Shown piece after piece: positions 12,436 through 22,984 of a stretch of 64,000 nt of DNA. Position 1 is the stretch's first letter; each line of letters starts with the position of its first letter. Position numbers and translations under genes: made by a program. The notes below the pieces were generated by a model that searched no databases, was not told where the DNA came from, and worked only from the letters and a program-made list of their open reading frames with translations. The DNA lies in the NCBI RefSeq assembly GCF_902713615.1, contig NC_052149.1, positions 125,987,256 through 126,051,255 on the forward strand, written 5' to 3'. Origin of the DNA: Scyliorhinus canicula. Its lineage: Eukaryota.

Positions 12436-14328
12436 TGTGACGGTTGAGGAGTATTTATCTAAGATCTGCCTGAGTAGTCGAGGTTGTAAGCTACTAGACA
12501 AGGTCTTGTGAATATCTAAAGTAAGACTCGCTATATGGGAGATCTATTTATAGTAGACACAATGTGCCTTGCGTTCACTACCTTTGGTGTACAGGAGAGA
12601 CTGTGCCTTAGATGACTATCTTATCCTTAACGTGACTAAATAGTTCTAATTCCTGAGAGCTAGGCATGGGAAAGTGACCCTCCAGATAGCCTTAGAGGGT
12701 GAGAATATGATGAGTCTTAGTTAAATGTCACTCTTATTTATTAAAATAGACACGGATCTGTACGGCAAAATATATACGCAATTTATTTGAAGATAAAAGG
12801 GTAATACAAGTGTTTTGATAAATGATACAGTTTGACAGATACAGGATACGTGATGAGTTAGCCTGTGACCTTCTTAACTACATAATTGATTAAGCTACAA
12901 ACATTTCATACTCACAACGACTAGTAGTTGTCTCGGAATTCGATGCTCAATCACGAGCAGAATTCTACGAGTCGAGATAGCAGTTTAAACACCCAATAAT
13001 ATCCTAAACAGCTCTCCAAGCGAAACTCTAACTTTCGCAGCTTTTGCTTGAATATTTATATTGTTTTTACACTCAGGGAGAGGTAGGGAGTTTGAGGGGA
13101 GTTTTAGCATAGCCCCTGCTTCTGAAAAACAAGTTAACTCCCCACAGTTATTTCGAGACAAAGAACAATCTCTCTCTTAGTTGGCAAGGCCTTAGTTTCA
13201 GAGAGGCCTAACAGGGCACCTGTTTCTAAATATTCGAGGTTGATACCTCTGGTAGCTATCTCCAGAAAAACAGCAGCCTCCCTTCTTGGCGGGGTCTCTT
13301 GCCAAGCAGCAGCCTCCCTTAGTGACAAGGCCACGAGACAGGCAATAACCTCCCTTAGTGACAAGGCCACTAGACAGGCAATAACCTCCCTGAGTGACAA
13401 GGCCACTAGCCAGGCAATAACCTCCCTGAGTGACAAGGCCACTAGACAGGCAATAACCTCCCTTAGTGACAAGGCCACTAGACAGGCAATAACCCCCCTT
13501 AGTGGCAAGGCCACGAGACAGGCAATAACCTCCCTTAGTGACAAGGCCATGAGACAGGCAATAACCTCCCTTAGTGACAAGACCACTAGCCAGGCAATAA
13601 CCTCCCTGAGTGACAAGGCCACGAGACAGGCAATAACCTCCCTTAGTGACAAGGCCACTAGACAGGCAATAACCTCCCTTAGTGACAAGGCCACTAGACA
13701 GGCAATAACCTCCCTTAGTGACAAGGCCACTAGACAGGCAATAACCTCCCTTAGTGACAAGGCCACTAGACAGACAATAACCTCCCTTAGTGACAAGGCC
13801 ACTAGACAAACAATAACCCCCCTTAGTGACAAGGCCACTAGACAGACAATAACCTCCCTTAGTGACAAGGCCACTAGACAGACAATAACCTCCCTTAGTG
13901 ACAAGGCCACTAGACAGACAATAACCCCCCTTAGTGACAAGGCCACTAGACAGGCAATAACCCCCCTTAGTGACAAGGCCACTAGACAGGCAATAACCTC
14001 CCTTAGTGACAAGGCCACTAGACAAGCAATAACCTCCCTTAGTTGGCGAAGCTTATTTCCAGACAAGGCCATGAGACTTAATGAGTTCACTGCATCTGGA
14101 CTCTTACAAAGATAATACATATTAAAAAACATTATTGCGATAAGTAATGGTTTACATTGATAATGGACTGATCAATCAGTTTTTAACAACTGATCGAGTT
14201 TTTAATATCGGGTTAAATACATGATTTAACAGAGCATCAGCTCTGATCAGCTTTTAATATAAAGTGAATATATGATTTAATATAAAATGAGTTCTGATCA
14301 GCCTTTAATATAGGTGGATACCACCACA
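12436..14328 (-). mobile_element. Solo LTR-like element (1893 bp) containing a minisatellite
   Basis: tgtg...caca ends, 4-bp TSD atag/gtag, and AATAAA near the minus-strand 3' end. Confidence 0.7.
13310..14070. repeat. 36-bp minisatellite, about 20 copies (agtgacaaggccactagacaggcaataacctccctt)
   Basis: Direct tandem copies, which explain the SDKATRQAITSL-type ORFs. Confidence 0.97.
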
Positions 14329-15229
14329 GTAGGCCAGGCCCCTCATATCGAGCACGCCCGCCGATTGGTGGCCCCGGATCGCTGGCCTGTCCGTTGTGGA
14401 GGACCCCCCCCCCCGCCCCCCCGGAGACTGATCCCCCTGCCCCCCCCCCACCAGGGAGGGCCACCGCAGCCGCGACGCCGAGCTCCCGCCAGGTGGAACC
14501 ATACGTGAACCACGCCGGTGGGAACTCGGCCGGTCGACCGTGGAGGATCGCCATGGGGGCCTCTTTCAATGGCCCCTGACCGGCGCCACGTTGACTGCGT
14601 GCACGCGACTGGCGCTGATTCTCCGGTCGCCGGAGGTTCACCTCCCGCCGTCAGACCCGATCTCCATTCTCTGTCCCTGTGCCGAGCGTGATTTCGGCGC
14701 AGAGAAACCCGGCCAATGTGCTTTGCAGCCTGCAGACATAATTTGCTTTTTTTAGATTATGTCGACGAGGTCATTGCTGTGTGGAGCCACGGAAGGCAGA
14801 GAGACATTTTGTAAAGTTGTGCAGGATCAATGTTCATTTGGAGAAACTTTGCAGAGAGGAGTTGAATTCTGATCTGCCTGGGGCAGAGCCCACAATTCTC
14901 CCACATTCAGATGGATTGAGCGCTGTGTGTCTCTTTTCTTGTTCAAAGCGAATTGAGTTGTTTAAGGGGTAAGTGTGAGCTGTTATTTTGGGATGTGAAA
15001 TTTAACAGCTAGTATTGTATTCATATTAAACTTTTGTATTGAAATGACCAAATTCCATTTCTTCATGCAACCACTCCTGGAGGAAATAATTCTTTCCACA
15101 GAGTCTGACAAATAAACTTAAATATTGGATCCAGTTTCAGAGCCGCTGTTGGAGTCGAGTCTGGGATCATTTTAATGGATAAACCAGTTCTCCCCCACGT
15201 CCTTTCAAGTCTGCGTCACTTGGATTAAG

Positions 15230-15640
15230 TGAGTGGAGATGAGGCCGTAGCAGGGGGAACGGTCAGGGTGAGAGAGAGGAATGGTTTTATTGGGAACAAG
15301 GATATCAAAGGTGGAGGTGAGGGTGAGGTTGGGTAAATCAGTCGCTGCAGAAATGTTGTGGTGATCGGAGGGCTAGAGACAGATAGTTGGCATTTTGAAA
15401 GTGCCGTTGGAAGTGAATTGGGGAATAGGTTTTCCCAGGGATGGATACAGAAGGGGGTAGGGTTGGGGTGTGGAAGGGGGATGTGGGTGGGGAGTGATAC
15501 AAGGAAGTGATCAGTGATGGTCTTATCTGTGATTGAAACTATGGGAGTAGTGAGACCACGTGAGATGGTCAGATCAAGGGGGAGGTGGGAATATGGGTTG
15601 GAGAATTGTGATTGTGATGATTTAATCCCAGCAACTTTCA
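15230..15640 (-). mobile_element. L2-type endonuclease fragment
   Basis: Translation LDLTISRGLTTPIVSITDKTITDHFLVS. Confidence 0.6.
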
Positions 15641-15866
15641 GTCTCTTTTCTGATTTGAATCTTTCAACTCAGATATTCCAGATAAAACTGATCATTATAA
15701 AATGATTGATAATTGTCTTTGAATCCAAGCTTCTGCTGATGTGTCATTGATTGACAGGCCAACCAGCCAATCATGACAATCACTTGCTGAAATACAGCCA
15801 ATCAGCTGATGGGGAGGAGGAACATTTCCAAAGCACACACGAGACACAGACTGAATATTCTTAATG

Positions 15867-15872
15867 TTTATT
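15867..15872 (-). terminator. Probable poly(A) signal of the light-chain transcript
   Basis: First AATAAA I found on the minus strand downstream of the C stop, about 500 nt away. Confidence 0.55.
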
Positions 15873-16370
15873 ACCTTTTACAGATTTACATTGTCAGAAA
15901 GAAGACTTGAATAAACAGCCCAGCCAGAGAAAGCTGGAGAAATTCACAGGGAAAATATGGAGATTTTCTCAATGACATGAGAATGCTGTCCTTTAAAATG
16001 GTGACTAAACCTTAAATTGTAACTGCAGGGTGAGCAGGAAGGAGGTCTGGTTTCCTGAAGCAGAGATTTCAGGGGTCACGTTATTTTGGAACAGCTGACA
16101 GTCTTCAGCATCTTAGAGAGGTTTTACTTGGCATCACGAGTCTGCACTGTCCCATCAAACATTCCCAGGACAGATGCTGCATGGGATGACGTGCAGAGTA
16201 AATATCCCTCGACAATGTCCCAAAAACATGTCTTAACCCCTGACCCTCAGAAGTGCCTCAGTCCCGAGAAGGAGAGAGTTGTAATTCAGTGCTGACAATG
16301 ACCTTTGCCCTCCCAGCTCACCCCTGTTCTATTTAAAGTTGTGTCTCCTCCGTGGACTGTCTCTGACACT

Positions 16371-16699
16371 CTACGCACATTCTGATCTCCTGATGCTCTT
16401 GCTGAGGGCAGAGGAGAGGCTCACGTGGGTGAGGGCACAGGAGAAGCGGGCGTTGGATTCCCAGGCAGAGCCAGAGAGGGTCAGCAGGCTGCTGACGCTG
16501 TAGGTGTTGTCCGAAGCTCGCAGGTAGTTGCTGGTCTGAACCCCGTCCGAAATGGCTGCACCATCCTTCTTCCACTCCACCACCAGCTCATCGGGATAGA
16601 AGTGATTGGCAAGGCACACCAGGGTGGCAGTGCCCTTGGTCTTGACCTCCTCCAGGGAGGGGGGCAGCAGGGTCAGCGTTGGTTGTGAATTTTCACGGC
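16371..16699 (-). CDS. IGKC: Ig kappa constant-region exon
   Basis: Acceptor ctctttcag|gc, then RENSQPTLTLLPPSLEEVKTKGTATLVCLANHFYPDELVVEWKKDG...FSCALTHVSLSSALSKSIRRSECA*. Both C1-set cysteines, the Trp and the penultimate interchain Cys are present. Confidence 0.98.
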
Positions 16700-16859
16700 C
16701 TGAAAGAGAGGGAAAGGAATTTAAATCTCGACCATTATAAAGGATTTAATCTTCCTGAAGATTACCTGGGATCAAATCAATGTCAGTGTATATGTCTGTG
16801 CAGATGATCTAGATTGCTGGCAATCCATTCTCGGGAACTTCTTTAACCTGTACCGAAAA

Positions 16860-17080
16860 ATCCCAACAAGAAAAGAGGCAGTTTTGGACAGTTTTCGCGA
16901 TTAAATCTGGGCAGGCGAAGGGGTATCAGTGGAAGAGTATTTGGGTAATAGTGATCATAATTCAGTTCAATTTAGAGTAGTTATGGAAAAGGATAAAGAT
17001 AAACCAAGAGTAAAAGTTTTAAATTGGGGAAAGGCCACTTTTACAAAACTGGGATTTGCCAAAATGACTCTTCTACGTTA
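16860..17080 (+). mobile_element. CR1 endonuclease fragment in the J-C intron
   Basis: Translation LGNSDHNSVQFRVVMEKDKDKPRVKVLNWGKATF. Confidence 0.75.
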
Positions 17081-17104
17081 TTATTACTTATTTTTTCTGT
17101 TCGG

Positions 17105-17405
17105 TGAACCCAGGTTCGAATCCCATCACAGCAGATGGCCAAATTTGAATCCAATAAAAATTGAATTCAATGTTTAATGATGACCCTGAAATGACTGTTG
17201 ATTGTTGTAAAAGCCCATCTCGTTCACTAATGTCCTTTTGGGAAAGAAGTCTGCCGTCCTTACGTGGTCTGGCCGACATGTGATTCCAGGCTAACAACAA
17301 TTTGGTTGACATCTGGGAAAACACTTCTGAAATGCAGCCACTTAGAGGGCAATTAGGGATGGGCAATAACTGCTGGCCCAGAAAATGACACCCACACCAA
17401 TGAAT
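17105..17405 (+). mobile_element. Short SINE-like element made of the 5' head and 3' tail of the LINE at 29880-33605
   Basis: Shares ggttcraatccc...gttcactaatgtcc...tctgccgtccttac with 33320-33600, and ttagggatgggcaat with 29895-29915. Confidence 0.7.
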
Positions 17406-17821
17406 ACATTTAAAAAACAATTCACCCAGCAACGTGGAAAATTGCCCAGGTTTGTCCTGCACACACCAAACAGGACAAATCCAACCCGGCCGATTACTGC
17501 TCCATCAGGCTACTCTCGATCATCAGTAAGGGATGATCAACATTGCTATCAAGTGTCGTTCAGTCTTGGGGTCACTCAGCTCCTGACCTCATTACAGCCT
17601 TGGTTCAAACATGGACAAAAGAGCTGAACTCCAGAGGTGAGGCCAGAGTGACTGCCCTTTGACCTCGAGGCAGCATTTGACCAAGATTGGTATCAAGGAG
17701 CCCGAGCAAAACTGGAGTCAATGGGAATCAGGGGGAAAACTCTCCGCTGGTCGGAGTCATACCCAGCACAAAGGAAGATAACTGTGAATATTGGAGGTCA
17801 GTCATCTCTGTCCTCGGACAT

Positions 17822-18140
17822 CCACACAATCCCTACAGTGCAGAAAGAGGCCATTTGACCCTTTGAGTCGGCACCAGCCCTCCAAACAGTACCGCACCCA
17901 GGTCCACTCCCCCGGCCAATCCCCACAGACCAATCTAACCTTTGGATTCTAAGTCACAATTTAACCTGGCTAATCCACTTAACCTGAATTTTCTTGGACT
18001 GTGGGAGGAAACCGGAGCACCCAAAGAAAACCCATGCAGACAGCGGGAGAACGTGCAAAATCCATAAAGTCACCCAAGGTTGGAATCGAACACATGTCTC
18101 CGGCGCTGTGAGGCAGAAGTGCCAACCACTCTGCCACCAT
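17822..18140 (-). mobile_element. tRNA-derived SINE with CR1-type 3' tail
   Basis: SINE head plus the tail acagtgcagaaagaggccatt, similar to CR1 3' ends. Confidence 0.8.
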
Positions 18141-18887
18141 GGACATTACTCACGGGTTCTTCAGGGGAGGCTCCGAGGCTCAACCAGCTTCAGCTGCTTC
18201 ATGAATGACTTTCTTTCTGTCATGAGGTCAGACGTGGGGATGTTCATTCATAACTGCACAATGTTCAGCACAATGTTCAGCACCATTCACAACTCCACAG
18301 ACACTGAAGCAGACCTTGCCCTATTACAACAAGGCCTGGACAAAACCCCGGTTTGGGCTGGCAACTGGCAAGTAACATTTGTGCCAGACAATGACCATCT
18401 CCAACAAGAGAGAATCTAACCATTAACCCTTCACATTCAAAGGCAGTACCTTCACTAAGTTCCCGATTATCAGCATCCTGCGGGTTACAATTACCAGAAA
18501 CTGAACTGGACTAAACATATAAATACTGTGACGACAGGAGCAGGTCAAAGATGAGGAATCCTGTGGCAGGTAACTCACCTCCTGACTCCCTAAAGCTTAT
18601 CCACCATTTACAAGGCACAAGCTGGGAGTGTGATGGAATACTCTCCACTTCCCTAGATGAGTGCAACCTCAAAAGCACTCAAGGAGCTCAACACCATCCA
18701 GGACAAAGAACCCCCACATGATTGGTACCCCACCCACAAACATTCTCTCCCTCCACCACTGATGAACAGTGGCAGCCGTCTGTACCATCTACAAGATGCA
18801 CTGCATGATCTCACCAAGGTTCCTTGGGCAGCAGCTTCCAAACCCACAACCACGACCATCTAGAAGGACAAAGGCAGCAGATACATG

Positions 18888-19635
18888 GGTCGGGATTCTC
18901 CAGGAATGTGGCTAAGTGTTGACACCGGCATAAACACCGGAGTGCTTCATGCCGGCATCAATGGGTGTCTTGGTCCAGCGATTCTGTATCCCACAGGGAG
19001 CCAGCACGGCACTGGACTGCTCTGCGCTGCTCCAGCTGCCGTACGCAGCTCTGCACTGCTGGCCGCGGGTCCCTACATACATGTGGCGGCCGCTTCCACG
19101 CCAACACTGCACAACATGGCAGAGCAACACAGCAGACCGGCACGGAAGAAGGTAGGCCCGCCGAAGGTGGTCCCCAATCACGGACCTGGCCGTCGTGGAG
19201 GCCCGATCACGGACCTGGCCGTCGTGGAGGCCCGATCACGGACCTGGCCGTCGTGGAGGCCCGATCACGGACCTGGCCGTCGTGGAGGCCCGATCACGGA
19301 CCTGGCCGTCGTGGAGGCCCATCCAGAAGACTGATTCCCCCCCGCCCTCCACCAGGACGGACACAGCAGCCACGACGCCGAGCTCCCGCCGGTTGCAACC
19401 ATATGTGAACCACGTCGGCGGGAACTCGGCTGGTCGACCGCGGAGAATCGCTGCGGGGGCCTCTTTCAAAGGTCCCTGACTGGTGTCGCGTTGATCGCGC
19501 GCATGTAACTGCCGCTGAATCTCCGGTCGCCGGAGAATCACGTCGCAGCGTCGGACCCAATCACGGGTCTGAGGCCCCATTCTGCGCCACCACACCGAGC
19601 GCCATTTCACCGCAGAGGCTCGGAGAATCCTGGTC
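18888..19635. mobile_element. Harbinger-like MITE with an internal 29-bp repeat (5 copies, 19178-19322)
   Basis: TIRs ggtcgggattctcc / ggagaatcctggtc, flanks atg/ttg. Confidence 0.78.
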
Positions 19636-19939
19636 TTGGGGTCAGCACTCCCCGGAACTTGGCCACCAAGTCACTAACCATCCTGACTTGGAAATATATT
19701 ACCATTCCTTCATTGTCACCGGATTCGAAATCCTGGAACTCCCTTCCTAACAGCACTCTCGGTGTATCTATACCGCAAGGACACCAGCGGATTCAGAAGG
19801 CAGTTCACCACCACCTTCTGAAGGCTATGAAGGATGGGCAATAAACGCTGGTCCAACCAAAAACTCCCACATCACAGAAATAAATTTCAAAATTGCAAAA
19901 TGAATTTGTGGTAGCAATTAAGAGAAGAAAAAGTTAACT

Positions 19940-20450
19940 TGTGTGTGGAGTTGGGAGACATGGAGATAGTTCTTAATGAATAATTGACATCAGTTTTCAC
20001 AAATGAGAGAGACAAAGCTGGCAATGGAAGAGTGATAATGTTGTACCGTTGTTTAAAAAGGGAGGAAGGGACAGACTGAGTCATTACTGACCAGTCAGTC
20101 TAACCTCAGTGGTGGGGAAATTATTGGAAATAATTCTGAGAGAAATTAGAATCATCATTGAGAGAGACACAGTTCGATTAAGGACGGTCAACATGGATTT
20201 GTGAAGGGAAGGTCCTGTCTGACTAACTTGATTGACTTTTTTGAAGAGGGAACGAGGAGTGTTGATGAGGGGAGGGAGTTTGATGTTGACAACATGGGTT
20301 TTCCAAGAACTTTGACAGTTCTCCAACAACAGACGTGTCTGAAAATTAAAAGCTGATGGAATCAAAGGGAAAATTGAAAATTGGATTTCAAATTGGTTCA
20401 GTGTCAGGAGGTAAAGGTTTGCTGTTAAACTGGTTAAATCATTTTGGAAT
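19940..20450 (+). mobile_element. CR1 RT fragment
   Basis: Contains gtaccgttgtttaaaaaggg...catggatttgtgaagggaaggtcctgtctgactaac, the PLFKKG / HGF..G.SCLTN region. Confidence 0.75.
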
Positions 20451-20499
20451 GTTATCTAAACATTTGTAAAGAAGGTTACTACAAATTCAGCACTGAAAT

Positions 20500-20725
20500 G
20501 GTTTCTTTTAATTTCGAGTACCCAATTCATATTTTTCCCAATTAAGGGGCAATTTAGCGTGACCAATCCACCTACCCTGCACGTCTTCGGGTTGTGGGGG
20601 TGAGACCCACGCAGACACGGAGAGAATGTGCAAACTCCACACGGACAGTGATCCGGGGCCGGGATTAAACCCGGGCACTCAGTGCCATAGGTAGTAGTGC
20701 TAACCACTGCACCACCATGCCACCT
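20500..20725 (-). mobile_element. tRNA-derived SINE, short A-rich tail, 11-bp TSD
   Basis: TSD AGCACTGAAAT at 20489-20499 and 20726-20736. Confidence 0.88.
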
Positions 20726-21110
20726 AGCACTGAAATTGCTAATAGTATAAGTTTTTAAAGACACAATGTCCCTTCAAGAGACTGTTAACCAGCCAGGAAG
20801 CTCAAACTATTGATCAGAATTTTTGGGGGAACAGGTTGAACATTAACAAGCCACACACAGAGCGGGAGAACTTTATCCCAGAACATTGGAGCAGACTTGG
20901 AGCAACACATTTCACAAAGGATTCTGATCGGAGGTCAGTACAGAAGTTTCTAGATTTAATTTCAAACCCTGCCGCCCAGCACTGGGCTGAGGTCAAGGGT
21001 GAGGCTACAATTAGCCTCAGTGTCCGGGGGTCAGACAGGGTCATTGCTCCAAATAACCCCCTGCTCTTTGGAGGCTGAGAGTGTGCGAACAATGGGCGAG
21101 GGTCAGGATC

Positions 21111-21165
21111 AGGAATCTCCAAAGTTAAAGAAAGATTTGCATCTCTGGAGCATCTGAACCACCTG
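21111..21165. promoter_or_regulatory. Candidate J-C intronic enhancer core
   Basis: AGGAATCTCC (kB-like, 9/10), ATTTGCAT 21135-21142, CATCTG 21151-21156 and CACCTG 21160-21165, all within 55 bp of non-repeat intron. Confidence 0.5.
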
Positions 21166-21834
21166 ATGTTGTCCTCAAATGTTTTGCAGCCAATTGTGCA
21201 CAGCAAGATCCCAAAACAGCAATGAGTCAATGAGCATTTGGAGGAATGTTGAATCAGGGATAAATATCGGACTGAACTCGACCCAAAGAGAAAGTAACTG
21301 AGAGTCTCCCCAAAAGCCTGGAACACTGAAGCCACTGGATTGTGAGCCCTGCTGGACCTGTTTGTCATCAGAACTTTGCTAAGAGATAAGCAGGGAGTGG
21401 AGAGAGCAGAGTTAAAGCTGGGGGAAGTGGGACCTCGGTGTCTCACTGGGCTGCTGCTGCTGCTGTGATCAGTTATATCAGAGAGTGTGACAGGGAGCCA
21501 GAGCTCACATCAAACTCTGCCCGTGTCTGTCACACGCAGACTGACAGGAGTCTAGTGAGTGATTTCACTCCATGGTCCAGGAATGTGAACACAGTCTGCA
21601 AACGTCCAGATCTCCTCCACACGGTGGGTAAAAGCTGCTTACTTATATCTTGCTGCTTAAAGGGGGGAATGGAACTAAAGAAATACAGCTGGGCACCCTG
21701 TTCTACACAGTGTTCTTCAATGAACCATTTCATTCACTGCAGCTCCCCAATAACACCTTCAACTATTCAGCATTTGTGTTTGAGAAAGTTTCAGTATTGA
21801 AAGGGTTAATAACGGAGGATTGGGGTTTACTTAC

Positions 21835-21869
21835 TCAGTCTGAGCTTGGTTCCTTTACCGAACGTAAGC
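21835..21869 (-). CDS. IGKJ: Ig kappa J segment, LTFGKGTKLRL(S)
   Basis: g ctt acg ttc ggt aaa gga acc aag ctc aga ctg a|GTAAGT. It has the FGxGT motif and a consensus phase-1 donor that is in frame with the C exon. Confidence 0.97.
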
Positions 21870-21908
21870 CACACTGACAGCTTCCAGTGCAGGGGCTGTA
21901 CAAAAACC
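21870..21908 (+). other. 23-bp-spacer recombination signal sequence of J
   Basis: Read away from J: CACACTG (one mismatch, position 5), a 23-nt spacer acagcttccagtgcaggggctgt, then ACAAAAACC. V12/J23 is the kappa configuration. Confidence 0.96.
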
Positions 21909-22268
21909 TCTGCTCTCTGCTTCACTCACTCACTCTCACCCTCTCTCTGTCTCTCTCTGTGTCTCTCACTCACTCATGTCTTTCTCTCTCACTCTTTCTC
22001 TCTCTGTTTCTCTCAATGTCTCTGTGTTTGTTGGGAGAGTTGAGAATTCTACTTTTCGACAATAAACCTTTCAGCTGCTATTCATATGTGGACATGGAGA
22101 GTAAGATGGAAACTTGAGGCCTTCAGTGAGCTGTGGACACCATGGGACTGGAGTGTGGAGTGTGTAGTGGACGGTGAGAATCATTTGTACAGTTTCCTTT
22201 CTTGTGTTTATTCTCTATTACATAAAACTGGGATGTATCAGTACAGGAGGTGGGAATATGTGTATTGG

Positions 22269-22296
22269 GGTTTTTGTAAGGCTCTGTATCACTGTG
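22269..22296 (-). other. 12-bp-spacer recombination signal sequence of V
   Basis: CACAGTG-atacagagcctt (12 nt)-ACAAAAACC. Heptamer and nonamer are perfect and abut the V coding end. Confidence 0.98.
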
Positions 22297-22594
22297 TAGG
22301 GGAAGCTGTAACCTTGCTGACAGTAATAATCAGCGACATCCTCATTCTGCACATTGCTGATTTTCAGGCTGTATTGTGTTCCAGATCCACTGCCGGTGAA
22401 TCGGTCGGATATTCCTGTGAATCGGGTTGAGGCAGAGTAGATCAGCAGAGCCGGTTTCTGACCTTCTCGCTGTTGATACCAAGCAACATAACTGCTAACA
22501 GATTGACTGGCCGTACAGGTGATGGTCGCGGTCTGGCCCAGGCTCAATGACAACACCGGGGGAGACTGGGTCATGATGATGTCTCCACTGATAC
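22297..22594 (-). CDS. IGKV: Ig kappa light-chain V exon (germline, unrearranged)
   Basis: Acceptor cccctcag|gtatcagt, then [99 protein letters not shown]. The conserved Cys, Trp and YYC are intact, with no stops. Confidence 0.98.
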
Positions 22595-22780
22595 CTGAGG
22601 GGTAATAGAGAAACAGAGTGAAGTAAGAACTGTCACAGAAAGAGCCTGTACAATGAGATATTGTTGGAGACACTGACTGTTCCTCTGCTTTCAGCATTTT
22701 CCCTTCAATCACAAGTCAGTAGAATTGGATTGAAATGGAGAGCAGGAAAATATTCAAGGTGGAAGGAGAGAGATTTGTAC

Positions 22781-22829
22781 CTGCGATGCAGAATGCCAGA
22801 GGCCAGATCAGCTGGATGGCTGAAATCAT
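22781..22829 (-). CDS. IGKV: Ig kappa (NS4-type) V leader exon, MISAIQLIWPLAFCIA(G)
   Basis: Minus strand reads gacaccATGatttcagcc...tgcatcgcag|gtacaa. It is 49 nt long, hydrophobic, has a phase-1 GT donor, and is followed by a 186-nt intron. Confidence 0.95.
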
Positions 22830-22888
22830 GGTGTCTGCTCCTGTCCCTGTGCCTGGTTACTGATAAACTCTCCCTTCACTGGGCTCTG

Positions 22889-22984
22889 CTTTATAAAGCT
22901 GCAGCCTGTGAGTGTCTGACTGCCCGTTCCTCAGTATGTAAATGGTATGAGGCAGAGACACCACGTCAGCACCTTCACTTCCTC
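22889..22984 (-). promoter_or_regulatory. V promoter: TATA box, degenerate octamer, CRE-like and PU.1-like sites
   Basis: On the coding strand: TATAAA 22890-22895 (61 nt upstream of ATG), ATTTACAT 22936-22943, TGACGTGG at about 22961-22968, and GAGGAAGTGAA 22974-22984. Confidence 0.65.

Larger units (their letters stand above)
12167..14714. mobile_element. Harbinger-like MITE split by a 1.9-kb LTR-like insertion
   Basis: TIRs ggccgggttgctcc / agagaaacccggcc with a 3-bp TSD AAT. The two halves join to match the copy at 18888-19635. Confidence 0.8.
17560..19880 (+). mobile_element. CR1/L2-group LINE, 5'-truncated, with nested SINE and MITE
   Basis: RT-like GSTSFSCFMNDFLSVMRSDVGMF, a 3' end ggatgggcaataaacgctgg, and homology to 29880-31700. 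Confidence 0.75.

Noticed and set aside
13134-14132. Long ORFs of 275-332 aa in three frames
   Set aside because: They are translations of a stop-free 36-bp minisatellite; openness in several frames on both strands indicates a repeat artefact.
21835-22594. Germline-joined VJ gene
   Set aside because: Both RSSs and a 427-bp intervening sequence are present, so the cluster is unrearranged.
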